DNA from: Amoebidium appalachense
Lineage: Eukaryota; Protista; Ichthyosporea
DNA length: 64,000 bases
Direction: 5' to 3'
Assembly: GCA_963693365.1 (NCBI GenBank)
Contig: CAVNZM010000012.1
Span: 5,220,889-5,284,888, forward strand
Shown here: positions 10,901 to 20,980 of the stretch, one piece after another
How positions within the stretch are numbered: position 1 is the first letter of the stretch
Layout of the letters: every line of letters begins with the position of its first letter
The notes under the pieces: model-generated
Databases searched by the model: none
Told to the model about the DNA's origin: nothing
Seen by the model: the letters and a program-made list of their open reading frames with translations, nothing else
Made by a program: the position numbers and the translations under genes

Positions 10901-12909
10901 TCCCTATAAACGAGGAAGACATCCTTGATGGCGGTAGCCTCCAGACAGATCTTGGTGTAGGATTTTCTCACTGGTGTGGCCCAAGCAGCCTCTTTCAGCC
11001 CCTGCACTACCGGTTCGGGAAGCATGAACTTGACGGCACCAGCTGCCCGAACCTCGTGTCGTTTTTCCATTACCCTAACTATCGTCTCAAATGAGAGCTT
11101 TTCTAACTGCAGTTGGCTGAGATGTTTCACGGGTACCTCGGTGAACCCCACCGACTCCCCTGTCTCCGCCCCCTGCTGTTGCCCCCTATCCGCCTCCTCC
11201 GCTTCTTGCTCTGTGTGTGTGTGTGTGTGTGTGCCATGCGTGTGTGCACGTGTGTGCCGGGTGTGTGTGCATGTTTGTGCCGGGTGTGCGTGTGCATGTG
11301 TGTCGGGGTGGGGGGTAGGATTAGCCAAGGTGGATGCACGTGTGCAGGTGTGTGCTCTCTCTCTCTCTCTGTGTATGTGTGTGGTGGTGGTGGTGGTTGG
11401 GTGTGTGTGGCGGGGACTAGTCGAGGTGCCCAGGTGCATGCATGCGTGCAGACGTGTAATGGCTTGTGTGTTGGGGGGGTGGGGGGAGGGGGGGGGGGGA
11501 TAGCCTGGCAGGTGCATGCGTGCGTGCAGACGTATGATCCCTTCCGTGTGTGTGCGGGGAGAGGGGGGATAGCCCAGGTGCATGCATGCGTGCAGACGTG
11601 TGATCCCTTCCGTGTGTGTGCGGGGAGAGGGGGGATAGCCCAGGTGCATGCATGCGTGCAGACGTGTGATCCCTTCCGTGTGTGTGCGGGGAGAGGGGGG
11701 ATAGCCCAGGTGCATGCATGCGTGCAGACGTGTGATCCCTTCCGTGTGTGTGCGGGGAGAGGGGGGATAGCCCAGGTGCATGCATGCGTGCAGACGTGTA
11801 ATGGCTTGTGTGTTGGGGGGGGGGGGGGGGGGGGAGGGGGGGGGGGAGCGGGGGGATAGCCCAGGTGCATGCGTGCGTGCAGACGTGTGATCCCTTCCGT
11901 GTGTGTGCGGGGAGAGGGGGGATAGCCCAGGTGCATGCATGCGTGCAGACGTGTAATGGCTTGTGTGTTGGGGGGGGGGGGGTTACCCGGCCTGAAATCC
12001 CAAGGAGATGTGTTGCGGGTGTGGCGGTAGCCCTCTGCCCCCCTCTGCCCCTCCCTCTCCTCCCCCATCCCCACCCTCTCCCTCTCCCTCCCCCTCCCCC
12101 CTCTCCCCCCTCCCCACCCCCACCCTCTCCCTCTCCCCTCCCCCTCCCCCCTCTCCCCCCTCCCCACGCCCACCCTCTCCCTCTCCCTCTCCCTCCCCCT
12201 CTCCCCCCTCCCCACCCCCACCCTCTCCCTCTCCCTCCCCCTCTCCCTCCCCCTCTCCCCCCTCCCCACCCCCTCCCTCTCCCCCCTCCACTCTTGCCCG
12301 CTTTCTCGGTCGGTCACTCGTCGGTGCAGGTAGCTTGAAAGCGGGGCTGCCTGGGGGGCTACGTGCAGCCCCATCCCACCACACTTTCCATCCGTGCTTT
12401 TTGAAGATGCGACAAATCTGGAACTCCCCCGGCAAAGTACCCACCACGGCAGGTATGCGACTGTAGTCCTTACTGCCAGGATACAGAGAAATGCGACCGA
12501 GCTTCACCGCCCAACCCTCACTCGAAAACGGATGATAGCTGTGAAGATCATAAATCTTCCATCGAGGACCACCAAATCTGAGAATCCAGGCTACAACTTC
12601 CGGGATGCCCATGTCGTTTTCGAATTCGTGTAGGTTGTAGTTCTTCCTGCAACTAGGACGTCCGTCGTCCAGTTCAATCAAAAAAACATAAACATGTTCT
12701 GAACCCGTTGGCATCACCAAATATATGATCGGTGCGAGTTTTTTTTTTTGAGGATGACGATAAATACTCTGACGTGTGAGTAGCCTTTTACCGGTAAATA
12801 TAACTGACGGATCAACGTCGTTCGAAAGCCTAAATGTGGGTGGGTCGAGTGGTATGCTGCTCGGGAATGCACGAGTGATGAGCGCCAGAATATTGCCGTT
12901 AACAGCCAT
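7458..12909 (-). CDS. Spliced KDM4/JMJD2-like JmjN-JmjC histone lysine demethylase
   Basis: Exons (minus strand): about 12909-11987 (unknown N-terminal domain + G/E-rich linker; linkage uncertain); 11210-about 10875 (JmjN-like PVKHLSQLQLEKLSFETIVRVMEKRHEVRAAGAVKFMLP); 10834-10692 (EEEFW..FYGTD); 8892-8786 (GISTPMLY); 8573-8369 (HTEDGLLGSVN..KSWY..CKKVTQHK); 8169-7933 (QQAGEVIYTLPGAYHFGY..AEAVNFA..W..CTC); 7547-7458. The last four introns are GT-AG and phase-consistent, and one has an ACTAAC branch point. The first two junctions are not cleanly resolved. Confidence 0.88.
8940..10662. repeat. 47-bp minisatellite (roughly 34 copies) filling a 1.8-kb intron of the JmjC gene
   Basis: Unit CACACACGAATACACCCATGCCT(A/T)CACAACATGCACCCTCTGCTGCA, with several internal duplications of about 19 bp. 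It lies between the donor at 10691 and the acceptor at 8893. Confidence 0.95.
11427..11972. repeat. 66-bp minisatellite (about 8 copies, two variants) in the first JmjC intron
   Basis: Unit GATAGCCCAGGTGCATGCATGCGTGCAGACGTGTGATCCCTTCCGTGTGTGTGCGGGGAGAGGGGG at 11568, 11634, 11700... Confidence 0.92.
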
Positions 12910-13024
12910 GTTGCTGTGTGTGTTTTTGTGATGTGTGTAATTGTGAGCACCCTCTGCCTGTAAGACTGTCTGTGAGAGCGCTCTGTCTGTGTGCTTGTGC
13001 CACCGTGTTGTAGCGCTCGTGCTT

Positions 13025-13162
<138 letters not shown>

Positions 13163-13462
13163 AATCGTTCCTAGGAAAGCTCGTGCATGCGCGCGCTATG
13201 TTTTTTGTGTCCAGTCTAACAATGTTTGTGTTTAGCAGAACTCGTTTGTGTGTGTGCTCTGTTTTCGTATCCCAAACAATCTACGATTGTGTGCATAAGC
13301 CTAAAATGTGCCTCGCACAGGGAAACATGAAGGAAATTCTATGTATCTGTATTGGCTAAAAAAGGGGACAACTGATAGCGCGGTGTGCACAGGTTATTAT
13401 AACAAGTTTCTTTGTTGTTTTCGTTCTGTTTTTGGCAATCTAGCCTATTTGTAATTACAATG

Positions 13463-13730
13463 GAAACATGTACAACAGCAGCGCCGGGCGAAAGTGACAC
13501 GAACTGGTGTGGTGCGCTTGATTATGTTTGAAACATGCACAACAGCAGCGCTGGGCGAAAGTGACACGAACTGATGTGGTGCGCCTGATTACGTTTGAAA
13601 CATGCACAACAGCAGCGCTGGGCGAAAGTGACACGAATTGGTGTGGCGCGCTTGGTTATGTTTGAAACATGTACAACAGCAGCGCCGGGCGAAAGTAACA
13701 CGAACTGGTGTGGTGCGCTTGGTTATATTT
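13463..13730. repeat. 67-bp tandem repeat x4
   Basis: GAAACATG(C/T)ACAACAGCAGCGC(C/T)GGGCGAAAGTGACACGAACTGGTGTGGTGCGCTTG(A/G)TTATGTTT at 13463, 13530, 13597 and 13664. Confidence 0.92.
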
Positions 13731-15204
13731 GTTCGTTCGGGAATCAAGATGGACTCTTGTAATTTCTCCGTTGTATATAGAGCGCAAAGAGAGTGTTGAA
13801 CATATATTCTCATTTCGCAAAGCTTGAAGCAAGCAAGAAAATCACGTTTTTGATGACTGGCCAATTAATGTTTTGTTCAGTTTGGCCAATGGAATCACTG
13901 ATTGGCGCGTACGTGATAATAAGCTAATCAGTGAGATCGGCTAATAATAGTTTGGGTAGCAAGGCCAGCCTGCCCAACCAAGACCCTTTTGCGAGTAACA
14001 ATTGTGATTTATTCTAATAGGCAATAAATATTAAAAAAGCATAATTTATTTATGTTTATTTATACTTTACGCGGACACAGACATTTGCTTGGAATTTTGT
14101 TTGGAAAGGGTCCTGTGAATCTGGTCTTCGAAAAGCGTTGCAGCCTTGAGTCACGGTGTATTGACCAACTAGATTGTACCAATGCCGATAAGCGCTTGCC
14201 TAGAGTACCAGTGCCCGATCACGTTGACCCAACCATTATTCACCAATCACCGATTGGTTTTGTTGGCTGGCGCATTTACGTGATGACTGGCCAATGAAAT
14301 TACTTAGTGACTGATAGCAGCACCGACCCTGGAGCGTTTTGACTGAGCAAGGAATAAGGGAAATCCTAAAAGAGGGTTGTATGTTTTATGACATATAAGG
14401 TTCTATAAATAAACAACCATGCGCTTGGGATTTTGGTTGGAAAGCGTTTTGTATTTGCCCAATTTGAATCCGATGCTTCGATTTCGGTCAATCAGAATAC
14501 CCTGAGCATCAGCGCCGCGAATCACGTGGGGCAAGAACCAACCCCTATGCACCAATCAAACGCTTGCACGTAAAAAGGTCCGCGAATAAGATGTTGTGAA
14601 AGCGTATATCCTTCGATGTTTTAAACTAGCGCTCGTTTTGTCCTGTATATTATATTTTTATTTCGTATATTCACCTTTTTTATACAGTTTACCTGTGAAC
14701 CAAACACGATTAGAGATATATTCGCTAACAGCGCCAAAAGGTTCTGTTTTTCTTATGCTTGATTCTCGTAACATAAGATCGTATTTTGCGCAATGGTTTC
14801 ACATAAATTATTGATGACGGTTTTTTTATATCAGTTCACAGCGCTGTCATTTTCTACTTTTCTGATTCTTTTGTTCATGGCTGTGTTTGCACACGACGGT
14901 GTTTGCCTAGAGAAACGTAACACTCTCTTTTTTTTTTCTTTTTCTCTTGTTCACGACTGGGTTTGCACAGGACTGTGTTTGCGCAGAGAAACGTAACACT
15001 CTTTTTTTTACTTTTTCCTTTGTTCACAACAGAGAATCGTATTTGTAGCACTTTCTTTTTTTTTTCCTTTTTCCCTTGTTTTTTTTTTTCCTTTTTCCCT
15101 TGTTCACGACTGGGTTTGCACACGACTGTGTTTGCGCAGAGAAACGTAAGACTTCCTTTCTTTTTTTCCCTTTGTTTATCCTTTTTTTTGTGAAAACTGT
15201 CACG

Positions 15205-16463
15205 ATGGATTATTCCCAGCAAGCTCCCGGGTCGGGGTCATACGAAACCAACATCAGCAAGTCCGCCGACCCCGTCACAACGCAAGCCCCCCCCCCCCAT
15301 CCAACCCCCCCCCCCACACTCCGGCGGCGAAGTCCCCTCCCCAACCAACCCCCCCCACACTCAGGCTCCGGCGGCGACGTCCCCCCCCCCCATCCAACCC
15401 CCCCCCCCCACACTCCGGCGACACTGCTCCCGTCGATCCAAAAATGTTCGAAGAGTACTTGGAGACTGTGTTGCAGTCGAAAGTAGACAGTGCCATTGCC
15501 TCTGCATTGGCAAAGGTCGGTACTGCGGCCACTGCACCCGCTGTCACCACCCCAACCACCGAATTGCAGGAGAAGCTGGAAGCCGCAGAGAAAGAATTAC
15601 AAACGAAGGATCACGACATCCAAATCCTTAAGGGGGAAATTGCCGAGCTAAAATCGGCGGCGGCCAAACAAAAACACTTTGCAGATGCAAAGGAACAGGT
15701 GTTATCGGCAAAGAATCGGGACCTCGAAGGGCAGCTTGTTGGAAAGGTGGCCGATATCCTGGAGCATCAGGCTGAAGGGGAAAGATACCGGGCCGAGATT
15801 ACCAAGCTTCAGTCACACATTGCGACCATGAGGGAATCATACCGTAGAACAATCGACGAGAGCACACAGAAACTTCGTGGGTGGAATGACCCCCAGCCCC
15901 TCCCCGACATTACCGTCCAACACGGTCTCGCCCCCCCCCTCCCCCCCCCTGGTACGACCAATCAAAATCCCACCCCCACCCTCCCCCCGCCCGGTACCAC
16001 TCAGCCCAAAACCCCCCTCAACCTCCCCCTGCCCATTCTCGCCCTCCCCCCACCCGGTTTAGCCTCTGTCATGCCCGTACCCCCCTTCAATCCGTCCCTC
16101 ACCACCGTTACCAGCACTCCTGCACCTTTTTCCCAATCCCGCACTTTTGGTGCCTCCATGATGTCGAACCCCTCTGCATATTCCCAGGGTTCAAAGAGAG
16201 GAGTGTCAGATATTTCTTTCGGTGTGTACAAACGGCACCGCCAGGAAGAGACGGCATTTGAGATGGCAATAGATGAGGAATTGGAGGACATGATGGGTAT
16301 GGGCGAGAAGGTCGAGGGGAAGAAAGGGAAAGAAAGTGGTCGAGCAAAGAAACCAAAACCGAGTCAGAAACCAGCCCCTGCCCGCAGTGGCAGGACACGA
16401 GCAAAGCAAGTTTCAGATATACATGTTATTCACGGGGACAGTGATGAAGACGAACAAGATTAG
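15205..16463 (+). CDS. Coiled-coil / Pro-rich / basic-acidic-tail hypothetical protein
   Basis: ORF 15444-16463 has a heptad-rich segment (ELQEKLEAAEKELQTKDHDIQILKGEIAELK...), a Pro-rich linker and a K/R-rich tail. The likely true start MDYSQQ at 15205 is out of frame across poly-C runs (homopolymer error or real frameshift). Confidence 0.7.
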
Positions 16464-16807
16464 GTTGGGAGTGGTGAGGGGTGTGTTTTGATTTTGTTGT
16501 ATGTGTCAGGGGCTGGGTATGGCCACAGGGGCTGGCTGATGTATTTTAATATATGACTGTTGATACTGGTAGCACCTTACGGTTTCTGTATTTATGTTAA
16601 CGAGCATCTTATGGATCATAGCATGTAGGCATCTTTTTTTTCTGGTTCTGGATGGTTTAGTATCTTGTGGTTATTATATGTGTACAAGTCTTCTGGATGG
16701 TTTAGTATCTTGTGGTTATTATATATGTACAAGTCTTGTTTTGCTGTTTTCAACCGATTAAATATCGATTGTATACAAAGAAGTCCAGGTCCCTTTTGGT
16801 ACACACT

Positions 16808-16834
16808 TGCATGCACGTTCAAAGTCTCCCCCCC

Positions 16835-16865
<31 letters not shown>

Positions 16866-17086
16866 ACACTCCCTCCCCATGCATGCATGCCCGTGTGGCA
16901 CACAGTTTGTGTGCTTTCATAAGTCTATGCACGTTCAAAGTCTCCCCCCCCCCCCCCCCCACCCCCCCCCCCCCCCCCCCCACCCCACACTCCCTCCCCA
17001 TGCATGCATGCCCGTGTGGCACACAGTTTGTGTGCTTTCATAAGTCTATGCACGTTCAAAGTCTCCCCCCCCCCCCCCCCCCCCCC

Positions 17087-17117
<31 letters not shown>

Positions 17118-17303
17118 ACCCCACACTCCCTCCCCATGCATGCATGCCCGTGTGGCACACAGTTTGTGTGCTTTCATAAGTCTATTGCATGCACGTTCAA
17201 AGTCTCCCCCCCCCCCACCCCACACTCCCTCCCCATGCATGCATGCCCGTGTGGCACACAGTTTGTGTGCTTTCATAAGTCTATTGCATGCACGTTCAAA
17301 GTC

Positions 17304-17339
<36 letters not shown>

Positions 17340-17406
17340 ACACACACACACTCCCTCCCCATGAATGCATGCCCGTGTGGCACACAGTCTATGCACGTTC
17401 AAAGTC

Positions 17407-17440
<34 letters not shown>

Positions 17441-17626
17441 ACACACTCCCTCCCCATGCATGCATGCCGGTGTGGCACACAGTCTATGCACGTTCAAAGT
17501 CTCCCCCCCCCCCCCCCCCCCACCCCCCCCCTCCCCCCCCCCACACACTCCCTCCCCATGCATGCATGCCCGTGTGGCACACAGTTTGTGTGCTTTCATA
17601 AGTCTATTGCATGCACGTTCAAAGTC

Positions 17627-17682
<56 letters not shown>

Positions 17683-17795
17683 CCCCCCCCCCCCCCCCCC
17701 CCCCACCCCACACTCCCTCCCCATGCATGCATGCCCGTGTGGCACACAGTTTGTGTGCTTTCATAAGTCTATCGATGTATATTGCATGCACGTTT
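16808..17795. repeat. 90-170-bp minisatellite with a variable poly-C core, 8 copies
   Basis: Unit ATGCACGTTCAAAGTCT(C)nACACTCCCTCCCCATGCATGCATGCCCGTGTGGCACACAGTTTGTGTGCTTTCATAAGTCT. Confidence 0.92.
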
Positions 17796-17958
17796 AAAGT
17801 ATTTATTTCCCCTCTTTTTGCACACACAGCTTTGCACACACAGCAACTGTCTTTTTTTTGTATCCACTTTGGGTATGAAGCGCTGGCGCTGGGTTTGTCG
17901 TATACTCCACTTCGGGTCTTTTTGTATGCAGCGCTGGCGCGGTGACACGTCAATCGGA

Positions 17959-18330
17959 TTAAAAGTCCGAGTGACTTGTTTGTCTCAGAGTGGTGTCGTA
18001 CTCCGCAGCACCCGTCTTCTTATTGAAATAGTATATGACTGCATACATCAATGGTGTAACCAATAAACATGTGAGGACAATAGCAGCGCTGACGTACACC
18101 AGATACATTTTGTTCACTTTCTCTCTAGCATTCGGTTCGGACTTCATTAAATTGTACCAGTGTATATTTGCAACGACACTGCATATAGATATCACATAAA
18201 GAATGCCTGTGGTGACCGTGCTGTCGAACATGTACGTGTACCTCACAAAACTTTCAGTATCCGACGTGTTACACCCCAAAAGTGACCTCTCTGAGATCTT
18301 GCCTGTGGTACAAACTCTTGATGCCGTGTT
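17959..18330 (-). CDS. Putative small two-TM membrane protein (start not defined)
   Basis: Open frame with hydrophobic segments VTTGILYVISICSVVANI and MYLVYVSAAIVLTCLLVTPLMYAVIYYF. Confidence 0.5.
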   Translation of the reverse strand, partial: NTASRVCTTGKISERSLLGCNTSDTESFVRYTYMFDSTVTTGILYVISICSVVANIHWYNLMKSEPNAREKVNKMYLVYVSAAIVLTCLLVTPLMYAVIYYFNKKTGAAEYDTTLRQTSHSDF

Positions 18331-18536
18331 GCTCTTGTGTTTTACCAGTACCCCTCTCTCCAGATGCCGAATTTATATTGGAATTCGTGAATACACCCAT
18401 GTGATTTGGTCAGTGGTTTGGCACCAAGAGATTGATTGATATGCCATCAACCAGTCAACAAAAAGTACTCGCTTTTACTTTTTGTCTCACTTCACCCCAA
18501 TCCAAGAACAGTGCACACCAAAACAAAACACTAGAA

Positions 18537-19019
18537 ATGGGAGACGCACTTTTGCGCCCCGATTCGGTTGACCCCGAACGATGCCCTGCATTTGCACCCT
18601 CAAAAAAAGCCCAGTGCAAAAACAAAAAGAAAACATGCCCATACCACAAGGACGGCTTCAAGCCCTGGGTATGCTTTGCCCCTGCCACCGGTGTCCTCCT
18701 CTACAGCGACAACACCATCAACATCCTCCACACCCACAAGGCCGGGGACTATGCTCATGCAAACCTCCTGTTGGACGACCTCATGGCCGTGTTTACAGTC
18801 GCAGAAATGCAGCGCCCTCGCACCGAGCGCACCGGGGTACCCGCGCTGACTGTGTCCACTCCGGATCCACCCATGGGTGCACCACAGCCACCGGTTGCAG
18901 CTGCAGCGGTGGGTGTGGGCAGGGAAAATGGGTACTGCCAGGGCAAAACCAAGGCTGGCAATCCCTGCAAAAACAGGGTGAAATCTACGACCCATTGCCA
19001 TAAGCACAAGCCCAAATAA
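18537..19019 (+). CDS. 160-aa protein with two C3H zinc-finger motifs of the type common in giant viruses (DUF5763-like)
   Basis: N-terminal CPAFAPSKKAQCKNKKKTCPYH and C-terminal CQGKTKAGNPCKNRVKSTTHCHKH. Intronless, with an A-rich leader before the ATG at 18537. Confidence 0.75.
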   Translation: MGDALLRPDSVDPERCPAFAPSKKAQCKNKKKTCPYHKDGFKPWVCFAPATGVLLYSDNTINILHTHKAGDYAHANLLLDDLMAVFTVAEMQRPRTERTGVPALTVSTPDPPMGAPQPPVAAAAVGVGRENGYCQGKTKAGNPCKNRVKSTTHCHKHKPK

Positions 19020-19679
19020 AAAAACCACCCACACACCCACACGTGCCAACATACACTATCCTCCCCGTGAGTGGCATGCCAGTCTCCCCAGCCCCCCTGC
19101 CCCCCAGCCCCCCTGCCCCCCAGCCCCCCTGCCCCCCTGCTCCCCTGCCCCCCTGCTCCCCTGCCATATGCACACCCACACACTGGGTGCCTCCCCTGCT
19201 CCCCTGCCTGCCGGAACCAGGCCCCCCAGTGGTGGCATTCCAACACGTGCATGCTAGAAGATCGTGCTACATGAACAAATGGTCTTAACTCAGCCATACA
19301 TGGGGGATAGATAGTATCACACAACCATGGTTCCCCCACTCTCCCCAGCCTCCTGTGCACGTGTGCCTCCCCCGACCCCCTGCCTCCCCTGCACGTGTGC
19401 CCCCCCTCCTGCCGGAACCACGGCCCCCAGTGGTGGCAGCCAGTGCCTTACATGCTAATCTATTCTATGGCCACATGACCAGATGGCCAGATTGTTTTGA
19501 CTTCAGGTGGATCCCCCCCCCCCCTGCTCACAGACTGAATTTGATCTGGCCATCTGGCCATCTGGGTATAAACCGTTTTCTGTTCTAATATTGGAGAACT
19601 GTCGATAGTGATAGAAAATGTCATTGGAAGAACAATCGGGAAATCCCGCGGTGTGACAACCAATCAGAATGAAGCAATA

Positions 19680-20069
19680 TTGGGATATTCGGGTTGGTTG
19701 TAAGGTTTTCCGGGTCGAGCCGAAGGCCCTAACGGGCCGCAGGCCCGCCTATTGGGCCGCCAGGCCCTAGGCCGCCAGGCCTGGGGCCCCGGGGACCGGG
19801 GCGCCCGACCCGGCCCGCGAGCCACCCCCGGCCCGGCCCGGCCCGGCCCGCGGGGCCCGGCGCCGGGGTTAGCAGCTGCTGCTAACCCCGGCGCCGGGCC
19901 CCGCGGGCCGGGCCGGGCCGGGGGTGGCTCGCGGGCCGGGTCGGGCGCCCCGGTCCCCGGGGCCCCAGGCCTGGCGGCCTAGGGCCTGGCGGCCCAATAG
20001 GCGGGCCTGCGGCCCGTTAGGGCCTTCGGCCCGACCCGGAAAACCTTACAACCAACCCGAATATCCCAA
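19680..20069. repeat. 390-bp GC-rich near-perfect palindrome (hairpin/cruciform)
   Basis: Arms are 19680-19876 and 19878-20069, centre TTAGCAGC-T-GCTGCTAA (1-nt loop at 19877). I see one mismatch and one extra GGCCC unit in the left arm. Confidence 0.97.
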
Positions 20070-20239
20070 ATCTTGAGCCAAAACGATTTGATGATTGGTC
20101 AATGTCAGAGTCTCGATTCAATCGTCATCTGATGAAAAAGGTTCTTTAATGAAAAAGAAAAAAAACACATATATCCTAATAAAACTTTTTGTAATCGGGC
20201 GTCGCTAACAAACAAATATTACCGCTCGATAAAGCAAAG

Positions 20240-20980
20240 AAATAGCTTTCATTTACTATAGGGTCAAAGGGGTTTCGATTGCTGCGATGGGTCGGAAATT
20301 TATCCAGTTTATTTCTCCCTCTCGCCGAGGTTTACCTCTTCCCTTTGGTCGGCTACTTCAGGCGTTATTTGACCGCACCCATGGGGCTGCCGTTGTGAAT
20401 GGGGTACTGAGTAACGGATTCAATCATACTCGAGGCCTTTTACAGGGCTCACTTTTGAGTCCCCTTCTCTTTGATGTCTTTATTGACGACTTAGCGGTAA
20501 AAATTCAACAATTTCCAGCTGCCGGCGACTCTTGTGTTTCCGGCCTTTTTTTCGCTGATGATATTGTCTTAGTCACTCACAGTCCTTCTATCATGAATAA
20601 CATGCTTTCTCGAGTAGATGACTGCAGTCAGTTTCCGAAATTTCATGAAAATTGGGATTATCATAGATAAATGCCGCACCTTTTCTTCCAATGCACAGTC
20701 AACAGTACACTCTGAACAATCAACTTATCCCAATCGTGTCCTCCTATGACTATTTAGGTATTCCTTTCACCTCTAAGGGTATCTGGTTTGAGCGCCTTTT
20801 GACTTCGCGCATTTCTCGTGCGCGTGGTCGCTTACATATCTATCAAGGAATATTCACAAATATCTCTAATATTCATTCTGCCAATTTGCTCACTCTTTAT
20901 AAAGTTTTTCTTCGTCCATGTTTCGAATATGGCCTCCCGTTACTCTTGTGTGCCCCTCCACGGCAACTTGAACCTGGCAC
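20240..20980 (+). mobile_element. Degenerate non-LTR retrotransposon reverse transcriptase (5' piece)
   Basis: Frameshifted KGFD motif, RGLLQGSLLSPLLFDVFIDDL, LFFADDIV, YDYLGIPF and LYKVFLRPCFEYG. Stops and frameshifts are present. Confidence 0.92.

Noticed and set aside
19752-19982. 76-aa Gly/Pro/Ala/Arg ORF
   Set aside because: A by-product of the GC-rich palindrome; no ATG start.
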